The notes under the pieces are model-generated. The model was not told where the DNA came from. It did no database searches and was given only the letters and a program-made list of their open reading frames with translations. Made by a program: the position numbers and the translations under genes. From an uncultured delta proteobacterium (GTDB lineage Bacteria; Desulfobacterota; Binatia; JACPRU01): 64,000 bases of DNA. The stretch covers positions 1 through 64,000 of the forward strand of contig CAVUWD010000008.1 in NCBI GenBank assembly GCA_963745025.1, read 5' to 3'. Below are positions 48,651-57,897 of the stretch, in pieces; the stretch's first letter is position 1; each line of letters begins with the position of its first letter.

Positions 48651-48702
48651 TTCCGGTGCATTTCCTAGGTAATTCTCGAATTAGGCCTGAGATGCACCGG
48701 AA
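48651..48702. other. 52-bp dyad resembling a serine-integrase attP site
   Basis: TTCCGGTGCATTTCCTAGGTAATTC-TC-GAATTAGGCCTGAGATGCACCGGAA; 25-bp arms, 19/25 positions symmetric. Confidence 0.6.
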
Positions 48703-48723
48703 TATTCCGCGGCTGTTCGACGC

Positions 48724-49311
48724 CTATGCATCCTTCTTCGCTGACGCTTTCAGCAGCAGGCGGGTGAAGGTCTCAGCCAGGGAACTCACGGCGTGCAGCA
48801 GATTAGGGTCCGGAGGTCGCATGGGTGTGGCTGCGACGTCGACATCCCCTGCCGCTGCATCCGCTGATGCTTCGCCGGTAGGGCGTGGCTGCTTTCTGGA
48901 AGGGCTGTTCGGTGTCGAACTCGATGGGGAAGGGGGTCGGCGCGACACGGCGCTGGGCGCCCCGCCGTCGCCGTTGTCCTTATTGGGAGGATTGGGCTCA
49001 GGGTGATGATCGCCGTCGGACGGGCGAGCATCGCCAACCGGATCGTCGGCATTGCTTGCCAGTGGTGACATGACGCGCTCGGCCACCGTGGTGGACGTCG
49101 TCGCCAGCGGCGGCGTCGTGGTGCTCGGCGAGAGAGGCTGGTCTGCTCTGGGCGGAGCTTCAGTTGCTTCCCTCACGTGGCGATGGACGTGCTCATGGTG
49201 CTGTTTTCCGCCGAAGGGGAGGGTGCCTTGGCGCTCGCGATGCTGATCACGCTGCGAATCGCCGATGATGCTCGAGCGAGTGAGAGAAGTACGGCGATCT
49301 TTAGCGGCCAT
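48724..49311 (-). CDS. Hypothetical, largely low-complexity protein
   Basis: ATG overlapping the end of the AlpA ORF; Pro/Ser/Thr-rich with a C-terminal helix. Confidence 0.4.
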   Translation of the reverse strand: MAAKDRRTSLTRSSIIGDSQRDQHRERQGTLPFGGKQHHEHVHRHVREATEAPPRADQPLSPSTTTPPLATTSTTVAERVMSPLASNADDPVGDARPSDGDHHPEPNPPNKDNGDGGAPSAVSRRPPSPSSSTPNSPSRKQPRPTGEASADAAAGDVDVAATPMRPPDPNLLHAVSSLAETFTRLLLKASAKKDA

Positions 49312-49903
49312 CGCCTACTCCGCCGTCCCCGCCGCCAACCTGACGGCGCTCCTGGACCCACCTATCGACCTCGGTCCGGAGCCAGCCGACGCTTCGGGAC
49401 GAGATCTTCCTCCTCGGAGGGAAGAGCCCGCGCTTCTCCGCCCTCCAGACGGTGCTTCTGGCGAGCCCCGTTATGGTACGAAGTTCCTTGAAACGGACGT
49501 AGCGGTCCCCGTCACCATCTTTTGGATGAGGGTGGGCCGCCTCTGAGTCTCTCGCTACGTTCTCTGTGGGGAGGAGATTCTCTTTGGAGACAAGGTGGCG
49601 GACGTAGTCCTTCAGGGCGGTGATCGACCTCTCGAAGGCCTTGGTCAGCTCGCGTTGCTGCTTCGCGAAGAGACGCTCGACCTCTTCCAGCGAGACGGCC
49701 GTGGGGGACTTCTTCGGGGCGGGCGCTCCTAGTCGTAGGGCACGCGACCTGCCAGAAGCCGGCGGTACAGAAGCCGCGTCATAGACGGTACCCCCCCCGG
49801 CAGCGTCATGAACTCTACGGCGAGAGTCCGCTTCTTGTGCTGGGTTGCCGGGATTTACGCTTCCAAAGGAACAACCTGTGCTGGGCATTGAACGCTCCCA
49901 CAA
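49301..49903 (-). CDS. alpA: AlpA-family regulator/excisionase with N-terminal extension; start uncertain
   Basis: RYVRFKELRTITGLARSTVWRAEKRGLFPPRRKISSRSVGWLRTEVDRWV. Confidence 0.8.
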   Translation of the reverse strand: MWERSMPSTGCSFGSVNPGNPAQEADSRRRVHDAAGGGTVYDAASVPPASGRSRALRLGAPAPKKSPTAVSLEEVERLFAKQQRELTKAFERSITALKDYVRHLVSKENLLPTENVARDSEAAHPHPKDGDGDRYVRFKELRTITGLARSTVWRAEKRGLFPPRRKISSRSVGWLRTEVDRWVQERRQVGGGDGGVGDGR

Positions 49904-50093
49904 CAGGCGTCCTTCGGTTTTCCCGACCAGACGCGGATTTCAGCCCTTATCGGCGGCCGCTACCGTGTTGCTAATAATCAAATTACCCGCTGAGCGGAAC
50001 TTGGTCAAGGAAACGTGGTGCCGCTCGTGCGAGCGGACTCTTATGAGAGCGAGAGATACGAAGTGAACAAAAGGTAGACCTGATGTCTGATAT

Positions 50094-51305
50094 TCAGACC
50101 GCGGCCTCGAGCGAGATCACGTTCGACGGCGTCTTCGTCCGCGTCCCTGCGATGATCTCGCGGAGTTCCCGATCCCATCTTGTAAGGGCATCCCGCTTGT
50201 CCGCGTCGTAAGAGTGGCGATCGTAGATCGCGGTCACGCCCTGCTCGACGTGGTTGAGGATCTTGGCGACCACGAGCCGCGGGATCCCGATAGAGGTCAT
50301 GTAACTTGCGGCCGTCCGCCGAAGATCGTGCGGCGTGAAGTTAGGGATCCCAAGATCGTCGACACTGCGTCGAACGGCATGATCCGGCGCGGTGGCGCCC
50401 ATATGGTCCTTCTTCGGTGAGGGAAAGACCCACTGCGAGTCTTTGGCAAGCTCGCGCGCCTCGCGGAATAGCGCGATCGCTTGTTGGCCCAACGGAACAC
50501 GGTGGGGGAGTTGGTTCTTCACGCGCTCGGCGGGGATGGTCCACCATCCGTTTGCCAGGTCAATATTTTCCCACCGCGCTGATACGATCTCGCCCTTGCG
50601 CTGAGCGGTCACCAACATGAGCTTCAACACGATCCTGCTCGCAGGACTCATCGCGGCTTCATCGAGAGTTGCCCAGAACAGCCGGATCTCGTCGGGGCTC
50701 AACACTCGGTCGCGCCGATTCTCCTTCCCGGGCGGCTTGACCTGCGTGCATGGGTTGGCCGGGACAAGGTCGCGAGACAGCGCGAAGTTGAACATCCTCC
50801 TCACCACGGCGAGCGTGCGGTTGGCCGCGATGGGGGAGCCGCGATCGACGATTCGGTCGAGCAGCGCGATGACGTCCGACCGTGTGATTTCTTTCGCCTT
50901 GCTCCACCGCCAGAGTGGCAGAATGTCCTTTTCCAGAATCCGCTCGTCCTCTCTCCACGATCGCTTTCGCGGCTTCGCCCAGCGCTCGAGGTACTCCGTC
51001 GCAAGGTCTCCTACGGTTGGTGCGGTGCGATCTACCCGACGCTGCCGAACGATCGCGGCGCCGGGATCGAGGCCCTGCTCGAGGTCGGTGAGCGCTTTGC
51101 CGTGAGCTTGGTGAGCATGAGCGACCGTCATGGAAGGGTAGGTACCCAGTGTCATGCGGCGTGAGCGGCCTGCATGATGGTAGACGAACACCCACGACTT
51201 CGTGCCGTTCGGCGTCACACGGATGCCGAAGCCATTGCCCTCCCAAAACTCATAGCGAGCGTTCTTGACCTTTAGGTTCTTGATGGCCCTGTCCGTGAAC
51301 TTCAT
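50094..51305 (-). CDS. P4-like tyrosine integrase with arm-binding domain
   Basis: GFGIRVTPNGTKSW, LGTYP, TAQRKGE, VKN..HRVPL, HDLRRT, ILNH..TAIYDRH. Confidence 0.95.
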   Translation of the reverse strand: MKFTDRAIKNLKVKNARYEFWEGNGFGIRVTPNGTKSWVFVYHHAGRSRRMTLGTYPSMTVAHAHQAHGKALTDLEQGLDPGAAIVRQRRVDRTAPTVGDLATEYLERWAKPRKRSWREDERILEKDILPLWRWSKAKEITRSDVIALLDRIVDRGSPIAANRTLAVVRRMFNFALSRDLVPANPCTQVKPPGKENRRDRVLSPDEIRLFWATLDEAAMSPASRIVLKLMLVTAQRKGEIVSARWENIDLANGWWTIPAERVKNQLPHRVPLGQQAIALFREARELAKDSQWVFPSPKKDHMGATAPDHAVRRSVDDLGIPNFTPHDLRRTAASYMTSIGIPRLVVAKILNHVEQGVTAIYDRHSYDADKRDALTRWDRELREIIAGTRTKTPSNVISLEAAV

Positions 51306-51320
51306 CTTGGTCCGTTGGTC

Positions 51321-51343
51321 TGGGGTAGCAATTGGGGTAGCAA
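51321..51343 (+). repeat. Direct repeat TGGGGTAGCAA x2 (putative integrase arm sites)
   Basis: Perfect 11-mers at 51321 and 51333. Confidence 0.7.
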
Positions 51344-51484
51344 AATTGACGTTGCAATGCATGAATTTCTGTGAGACATCGTGAAACAAGAAATACCATA
51401 TAATTACCGATAATCAAAGGCAAATGAGTCTGTTCATTGACACCTATTGAATAGTCCTGAACGGCTAAGAAACAACGATGAGAT

Positions 51485-51530
51485 CTGATTCGTAATCAGC
51501 AGGTCGCCGGTTCGATTCCGGCGGGTGGCT
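51485..51530 (+). other. att core: 3' half of tRNA-Thr(CGT)
   Basis: ctga-ttCGTaa-tcag anticodon arm, gccgg-ttcgatt-ccggc T arm, gggtggc acceptor strand; no 5' half upstream. Confidence 0.85.
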
Positions 51531-51537
51531 CTTTCAA

Positions 51538-51550
51538 AATCAATGATTTA
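51538..51550 (+). promoter_or_regulatory. IHF consensus site
   Basis: AATCAATGATTTA matches WATCAANNNNTTR. Confidence 0.6.
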
Positions 51551-51581
51551 TGTTACAGCCACAGATCGGAAGGAGCTTTTC

Positions 51582-51600
51582 AGGTAGCAAATAGGTAACA
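51582..51600 (+). repeat. Arm-like repeats AGGTAGCAA / AGGTAACA
   Basis: Share the GGTAGCAA core of 51321-51343. Confidence 0.6.
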
Positions 51601-52028
51601 CGCAGCGAGTATGGATCTCGAGGTTGACGAAGGAGATTCCCTCCGATCTCGATCTCGAGTACCGATTCCTGTGCGCTCCCCGGCGCGCCCAGCATGCGCC
51701 GATGATCCCGATTACGAATCCGCAGGGTGGCCGTCCGCCGACGTCCATGGCGTCGCAAGCCCTCGGAAATCCCAAGGTCTTCAATCCGGTATTGTCCAGC
51801 TAGTCTGCTGGTGTCCATTGGCTTGGCTGTCAGCGTGGCTGTCAAACTACGCGGCTGATCTGGATGCGCCACCTCTCGCTACCTCGGCGCGAGCGCGCGA
51901 TGATGAGGAGCCGCTTTCCGCCGCGTCCACGTGTTCCAACGTTTGAAATCCAGGTGTTCGCGTTTCGCACATTCACTGCTATCGCCTGAATTCAGCGGCC
52001 TTGGCGGCCAACTTCCTGTACTGCTTGG

Positions 52029-52628
52029 GTGCGCGTCGATCGGCCCGCGGTCGCGCCGGCCGCGGGCACCCGCCCCTCCGCTTCCTTCGTCGAGCCGGAG
52101 ACGCTTGGCCGCATGCAGGGGCGGCGCCTGTTCGTGGCGGAGCGCGCGGACGAGCCGGTCGCGTTCTGCGTGCTTTCGCCGGTGCCGCGACGGAACGGCT
52201 GGCTCGCCGAACAGATTGTCCGCGGGCGACGCGCGCCGAACGGCACGGCGGAGCTGCTCGTGGATGCGGCGCTCCGGGCTGTCGCTGCGGAAGACGCAAC
52301 GTTCTTCACGCTCGGTGGTGCCTTCCTCTCGAAGCGCGCAGACGCCACGCAGCCGCCACCCGGCTGGCTCCGCCTCGCCTTCTTCTGGCTCCGCCGGCAC
52401 GGGAAGCGCTTCTACAACACCGGCGGCCTCGAGGCCTTCAAGGCCAAGTTCCGGCCGATCGCTTGGGAGCCGCTATACCTTGTGGCGAACGAACGCCGCA
52501 TGCGCCCGAGCGTCGTCTACGCCGCCGCGGCGGCGTTCACCGGCGGGTCACCGGCGCTCGTCGGCGCGCGCGGGATCGCGCGCGCGGCGCGGATCGAGCT
52601 CGGCTGGGCGCTCCGCGGCCGGTACTGA
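52029..52628 (+). pseudogene. Aminoacyl-PG synthase C-terminal (DUF2156) domain, 5' truncated
   Basis: RRLFVAER, APNGTAELLV, FYNTGGLEAFKAKFRP..WEPLYL. Confidence 0.7.
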
Positions 52629-52718
52629 CGACGCCGGCGGCGACGATTCGGGCCCACGAACGCTGTGGTTCGTCAAGTGCGCCTCGACGCTGATAACCGA
52701 TCGGCTGGAAAACATTAG

Positions 52719-53903
52719 CTAGAACCTGTAGTCGGGCAGCTTGACGTCGTCGCGCACTGTGCAACCGATGAAAAGATCGGCGATGAAAGGAATCCGCAAT
52801 AGTCGGCTGACAAGGTTGCGGAACGCGATGCCGAAGGCCCTCCTCGGCGCGAACGAGGAAGCGAATCTCACTGCCGACTCCTGCTTGCGCTTCAGAAACG
52901 GCATCATCCGCTCCTGATAGCGGGCGAAGGCTGCGATGTGATCGTCCCCGCAGCCGTGCAGTTCGCCTGCGAGAACATAAGCCTCGGCCATGGCAAGCCC
53001 AGTCCCTTCGCCGGCAACGAGGGAGACGCAGGCTGCAGCATCGCCGATCAGTGCTGTGCGGCCTTTTGTCCAGCAGTCCATGCGGATCTGGCTGACACGG
53101 TCGAAATAGACGCCTCTGGCATCGTCCATTGCCGCGAGAATCCGGGCGCATTCCCAGCCGACATCGGCAAAGACGTTTGTCAGCACCGATTTGCATTCCT
53201 GCTCGCTCGATGGACTTTCGGCGGTCAGGTACTCGTCGCGGAAGACGAAAAGAAACAGCGTCATGTCATCGCGCAAGGACAATCGCAAAATTTGTCTTCC
53301 CGGAACCGCGTGGCCGACAGCTACGAACTCATCGCGTGGCCGGTAACCGTCGACCTCGAACGCGGCGACGTGATAGCCGAGCGAGACTTCGAACTCTGAT
53401 TCAGGCCCGAACACTAGTCGGCGAACACGCGAATGCAACCCGTCCGCTCCAATGACCAGATCGACCTCGCGCGGAGCGGCATGATCGAAGTCAACCCGAA
53501 CGCGATTGCCCTCATCCTCGATCCTCGCTACGGAGTCGCCGAAAATCGTCTCGACCTGTCCGTCCAGCGCATCGTAGATCGTGGCGGCAAGGTCGGAGCG
53601 CCGCAGCTCGGTGAAGCGGCCGTTCGTCATACGGTGGAAGACGTCAACCGAGAAGCCGCCGCTCTTGCGGCCATGCCGGTTGACGTAGCGCACCTCCCTG
53701 ACCTGATAGCCCACCTCTCTGATTCGGGGGAGTAGACCCATCTTCTCGGCGATGTCGTAGCCGACCCCCCAGAAATCGATGGCATAGCCGCCGCTGCGAA
53801 GCTGTGGCGACTCTTCGATGAGCAGCACCTCATGACCGGATTCCCGCAGCCAGTATGCGAGTGTCGGACCGGCGATGCCGGCCCCGTTGATGGCAATTCT
53901 CAT
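52719..53903 (-). CDS. FAD-dependent monooxygenase/oxidoreductase
   Basis: GAGIAGPTLA, DLVIGADGLHSRVR, LIGDAA. Confidence 0.9.
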   Translation of the reverse strand: MRIAINGAGIAGPTLAYWLRESGHEVLLIEESPQLRSGGYAIDFWGVGYDIAEKMGLLPRIREVGYQVREVRYVNRHGRKSGGFSVDVFHRMTNGRFTELRRSDLAATIYDALDGQVETIFGDSVARIEDEGNRVRVDFDHAAPREVDLVIGADGLHSRVRRLVFGPESEFEVSLGYHVAAFEVDGYRPRDEFVAVGHAVPGRQILRLSLRDDMTLFLFVFRDEYLTAESPSSEQECKSVLTNVFADVGWECARILAAMDDARGVYFDRVSQIRMDCWTKGRTALIGDAAACVSLVAGEGTGLAMAEAYVLAGELHGCGDDHIAAFARYQERMMPFLKRKQESAVRFASSFAPRRAFGIAFRNLVSRLLRIPFIADLFIGCTVRDDVKLPDYRF

Positions 53904-54052
53904 GTACGCCCAGTCAGCCCGACTCCAAATTGACCTCAGATGTGCAACCATCGCGTAGAAGATGCAGTCCGAATATCATTCCATTCGTTCTCCTCACCGG
54001 CCTTGATCGTTCGGCGAGAGCAAGCGGACGCCCCTGCGGTTCGCACTCTCAG

Positions 54053-55870
54053 CTAACCATGAGAGCGGGCGTGCGCGGGCCCTTCTGACTTCGTAAGGTT
54101 CATCGCGGTGTTGATCAATGCCACGTGCGTGAAAGCCTGCGGGTAGTTCCCGAGTAGCCGCCGTTCCTCGGGGCTGTATTCTTCGGCAAGCAGGCCGACG
54201 TCGCTGCGCAAGGAGAGGAGTCGCTCGAAGAGCTCGATCGCGCGCGGACGGCGCCCCTGCAGCACGTAGTTGTCGACCAGCCAGAAACTGCACGGCAGGA
54301 ACACTCCGTCGCCCGGAGGCAGCCCGTCGGCGCTGCCTCCCGGGGAATACCGCAAGACCAGATCGTCGCGCAGCAGTTGGCTCTCAATCGCCTGCACGGT
54401 TCCCTTCACGCGGCGGTCGGTGGCGGGCAGGAACCCCACCAGTGGGAGCATCAGAAGGCTCGCGTCGATCTCCGCAGATCCGAAAGATTGTGTGAACGTG
54501 TTACGCTCGGCATCATATCCGGAGCGACAGATTTCCTCGTGCATCTGCGCGCGGACCTTGCGCCAATGAACCGCGGATCCCTTGAGGCCGTATCTTTCCA
54601 CGGCCTTGACCGCGCGATCGACGGCGACCCACGCCATCACTTTGGAATGAGTGAACTGACGGCGCCCTCCACGCATTTCCCAGATGCCCTCGTCGGGCTG
54701 CCGCCAACGAGCGATAACGTGGCGCACGACCGCACGCTCGAATTCCCAGGCTGCCCTTTCGGGCTCGATGCCTGACTGCCGTGCGGTGTGCATGCAGTCT
54801 AGCAGTTCGCCGTAGACGTCGAGCTGAAACTGTTCGACGGCGGCATTACCGATCCGCACCGGCCGAGACCGTTCGTATCCAGGCAGCCAGTCGAGGCAGA
54901 CCTCGGAAAGGCGGCGCTCTCCGCTCGGACCGTAGAGGGTTTGCAGCTCGGCGGGATCACCGGCGGCCGCGCGCAGAAGCCAGTCGCGCCAGGCGCGCGC
55001 CTCGTCGACGAATCCCGTCCGCATCAAGGCGTAGAGCGCGAACGTCGCATCGCGAATCCAGCAGAAACGATAGTCCCAGTTACGCACCCCGCCGAGCCTC
55101 TCCGGAAGGGAGGTTGTCGGCGCCGCAACCAAGCCACCCGTCGGCGCGTAGGTGAGAGCCTTCAGCGTGATCAGCGACCGAAGCACAGCTTCCCGCCAGG
55201 GACCTCCGTAAGTGCAGCTAGCCGACCAAGAACGCCACCACGTCTCGGTGTCTGTGAGAGTTGCCATCACGTCGATGGGAGGCGGTGGGGGCTCGTGCGA
55301 GGGATACCACGCGAGCACGAAGGGTATGCGTTCCCCAGCTCCGACCGTGAACTCCGCGACGGTGGTCATGCCTCTACCTTGAATCGGCGTGGGCGTCCTC
55401 AAGCAAAGGGCATCCGGTCCACCGACGGCCGTGAGTGCTCCACCGATGCGCCGAACCCACGGCAAGATCGAGCCGTAGTCGAGGCGCATGATTAGCTCCA
55501 TCGACATCGGCACACGCCCGCGAACGCCTTCGACAATGCGTATCACCTCGGGGAGGTGGTTTCGGGGAGACATGCAGTCGATGACGCGAACGATGCCGCC
55601 TCCGGACTCGAATTCCGTTTCAAGAACCAGCGTGTCACCGCGATAGCGCCGCCGGCTCGGACGATGCTCTACGGCAGGCGCCAACTTCCAACGGCCGTGC
55701 CGCGGCTCGCCGAGAAGCGCCGCGAAGCATGCTCCGGAGTCGAAACGAGGGAGGCAGAGCCAGTCGATCGACCCGTCTTTCCCGACCAGCGCGGCGCCGT
55801 GGGTGTCCCCGATCAACGCATAATCCTCGATGCGCAGCGCCACTCGATGACTCCTCTTCTCCGCGGCCAA
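54053..55870 (-). CDS. GH15 glucoamylase/trehalase-like hydrolase
   Basis: IEDYALIGD, AAPTTSLPE, RNWDYRFCWIRD, QLDVYGE, DEGIWE, LLAEE, GNYPQAFTH. Confidence 0.93.
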   Translation of the reverse strand: MAAEKRSHRVALRIEDYALIGDTHGAALVGKDGSIDWLCLPRFDSGACFAALLGEPRHGRWKLAPAVEHRPSRRRYRGDTLVLETEFESGGGIVRVIDCMSPRNHLPEVIRIVEGVRGRVPMSMELIMRLDYGSILPWVRRIGGALTAVGGPDALCLRTPTPIQGRGMTTVAEFTVGAGERIPFVLAWYPSHEPPPPPIDVMATLTDTETWWRSWSASCTYGGPWREAVLRSLITLKALTYAPTGGLVAAPTTSLPERLGGVRNWDYRFCWIRDATFALYALMRTGFVDEARAWRDWLLRAAAGDPAELQTLYGPSGERRLSEVCLDWLPGYERSRPVRIGNAAVEQFQLDVYGELLDCMHTARQSGIEPERAAWEFERAVVRHVIARWRQPDEGIWEMRGGRRQFTHSKVMAWVAVDRAVKAVERYGLKGSAVHWRKVRAQMHEEICRSGYDAERNTFTQSFGSAEIDASLLMLPLVGFLPATDRRVKGTVQAIESQLLRDDLVLRYSPGGSADGLPPGDGVFLPCSFWLVDNYVLQGRRPRAIELFERLLSLRSDVGLLAEEYSPEERRLLGNYPQAFTHVALINTAMNLTKSEGPAHARSHG

Positions 55871-55919
55871 GCTTTTTGGCTACGAAACGCCTCGTTCAGA
55901 CCCGGGCCAGAGGCAGCTT

Positions 55920-56288
55920 TCAGGTCGACTCGCTCACCCAGGCCAGCGCCAAGGCCAACTCTGCGTTCCGGTGAACGCGCACGCGTCCCGGCATCGTCAC
56001 GCCGATAAGCCGGCAGACACCGCGCACCCATTCGAGGTCCGATACGATGGCGATGCGTTCCCAGGCGCCGAAGTGTGAAAGACCGACCTTCGTGTCGTCC
56101 CACAGGGCGGCCGCGTCGAATCCGGCGAAGTCCGCACCCAAGTGGTACAGAACGCGGAGCTTCTCGTGCCTCGCAAGCTTCGACTCAACGGCCGGGATGA
56201 TGACCGACTCGTAGTCGGAGCCCGTGATGACACCTTTGCCGCGAATCGCAAGGACTTTGTCGGGCATACCTTCGATCAGCTCCACCAT
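55920..56288 (-). CDS. SpoIIAA-like (STAS/SEC14) protein
   Basis: GVITGSDY..IIPAVE, ALWDDTKVG, WERIAIVSD. Confidence 0.85.
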   Translation of the reverse strand: MVELIEGMPDKVLAIRGKGVITGSDYESVIIPAVESKLARHEKLRVLYHLGADFAGFDAAALWDDTKVGLSHFGAWERIAIVSDLEWVRGVCRLIGVTMPGRVRVHRNAELALALAWVSEST

Positions 56289-56317
56289 GACCTGTAGCTC
56301 ACCGATCGTACGCGCGG

Positions 56318-57139
56318 CTATTTCGCCGACCACAGCGAGCTGGAGATGACATTGGGGAGCTTCTTGGGATCGAAGACGTCGTCGGGGACCTGGACATCGT
56401 AGTGCAGGTCGTCGACTTTGTAGTCGCTCCAGTCCTTGGATTGCACGTCGTCGACGCGCACGTGCATCGGCGTCGGCACCGCGTCTACGATCGCCACGTC
56501 TTCGTAGACCTGTTTTCGCCACAGGGCGTTGCCGGCGTCATAGTGGTCGCGTTCCAGTGGCAGATCAGAATCTACGGCGATCCAATCGACGATCCGGCTG
56601 TAGTACCACGCTTGTCGCGGCTTCTCCTCGAGCTCGTATGCCTGCGTTCCTCCGTGTTCCTTCGTGCCGAGGAGCTTCAGCGACTTCTCATGGATTTCCA
56701 ACAGTCCCATGTCCGCATAGGTGAAGTCTGAATTGAGAAACGGCTCGAAGGAGCCGAGCCCCGAGATCCTGCGCACGCGGCGAAGGGCGGGAAGGTACAG
56801 ATACTGCTCGTGGGACTTCCCTTCATGCTCGACCACCAGGAAGGCCACGCCTTTCAGCGTGTCGGGACTCATCACAACGGTGACACTACGTTGGCCGCCG
56901 GGAAAGACCTTGCGGGCCTGTCGCGCCACCATCTGCGTGTTCTCGCCGAAGTCCGCGGAGTGGAAAGTAAGGGTCAGCGTACGAATGCTCGGCTTGGCCG
57001 GTTCCAGTGCGGCCTTCATCGTCTTCAAGATCGTCGCTCCGTCCGGCGCCGCCGCCCGCACGTGGCCTACGCACGCCAGCAGCAGCGCCATTGCCAAAAC
57101 CAACCAAAGCTGGCCTTTCGACGATGGTGGCTTGATCAT
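56318..57139 (-). CDS. Outer-membrane lipoprotein-sorting (LolA-like) protein
   Basis: Signal peptide, QYLYLPALRRVRRI, FLNSDFTYAD. Confidence 0.85.
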   Translation of the reverse strand: MIKPPSSKGQLWLVLAMALLLACVGHVRAAAPDGATILKTMKAALEPAKPSIRTLTLTFHSADFGENTQMVARQARKVFPGGQRSVTVVMSPDTLKGVAFLVVEHEGKSHEQYLYLPALRRVRRISGLGSFEPFLNSDFTYADMGLLEIHEKSLKLLGTKEHGGTQAYELEEKPRQAWYYSRIVDWIAVDSDLPLERDHYDAGNALWRKQVYEDVAIVDAVPTPMHVRVDDVQSKDWSDYKVDDLHYDVQVPDDVFDPKKLPNVISSSLWSAK

Positions 57140-57806
57140 TCCTCGTCCTCCTTCTCGGCTCTGCGCCTGTTCGGGGCTCGTCGGTAATCGTCAGAGCGAA
57201 TAGGCTCTCCTCCGACACTGGGTCCGTGAATTCCAGGACGAGCTCTGTGAAGTTGCTGGATACCACTCCCGCGACGACCTTCGCTCCCGGCGGGGGCGTG
57301 AAGTCGGTCCCCTTCCTAGTCGCACTCGGACGCGATGCGACATCTGCTGACTCATGGCAGAGCCGCTTCGGACGGCGGACCGGCGCAGAACCGAGGGGCG
57401 CGCCCCAAGAGCTGGCGCTACGGGTAAGAATAAGAACGCCCAGTTTGCACGCTCGGCGACCGGCGCGACCAAGGCGTGCTGATCGATCGGCTTGGTGAGC
57501 CGCACTCCTCAGCCGGCCCCGAGAGTGATCTTTTGATTGTGGAAGTCTGCGCGGTCGGCAACCACAGGGAAAGAAGCAAACCGCGCGTGCGGTTCGAGGG
57601 TCGCCTTGGTGTGGCAGCCGCGCTCAAAATAATGCGCCCAGTTACGGGGATTTTTTGCGGTAGCTCGGCGGTATGAGAATGCGTCACGCAAGTTCTCCAA
57701 TCGTTGGGACGAAACATACTTACCGCGGATTCAAACGATCGAGTCCCAACGCCTCTTTTTTTGGTGGCCACGAAGCTCCTGATCTTCGAACGATGGAAAT
57801 CACTAG

Positions 57807-57826
57807 ATAGTTGGTAGTCAAACGAT
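57807..57826. promoter_or_regulatory. Imperfect palindrome, candidate MarR operator
   Basis: ATAGTTGGTAGTCAAACGAT (ATnGTTnG-n4-CnAACnAT) in an AT-rich patch upstream of marR. Confidence 0.45.
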
Positions 57827-57897
57827 ATTGTGTTTCAATGGGCGACGATGCTTCGCACGGATGATTTCGTTAGGTTTCACAAGCCCAGGACGCGACT

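Larger units (their letters stand above)
41700..51530. mobile_element. Integrative element core (tyrosine integrase + serine recombinases); left boundary not determined
   Basis: Integrase beside a tRNA 3' duplicate, AlpA, large serine recombinase, radC remnant, visibly lower GC. Confidence 0.75.

Noticed and set aside
51440-51530. Complete tRNA-Thr gene
   Set aside because: There is no D arm or 5' acceptor strand upstream of 51485; only the 3' half is present.
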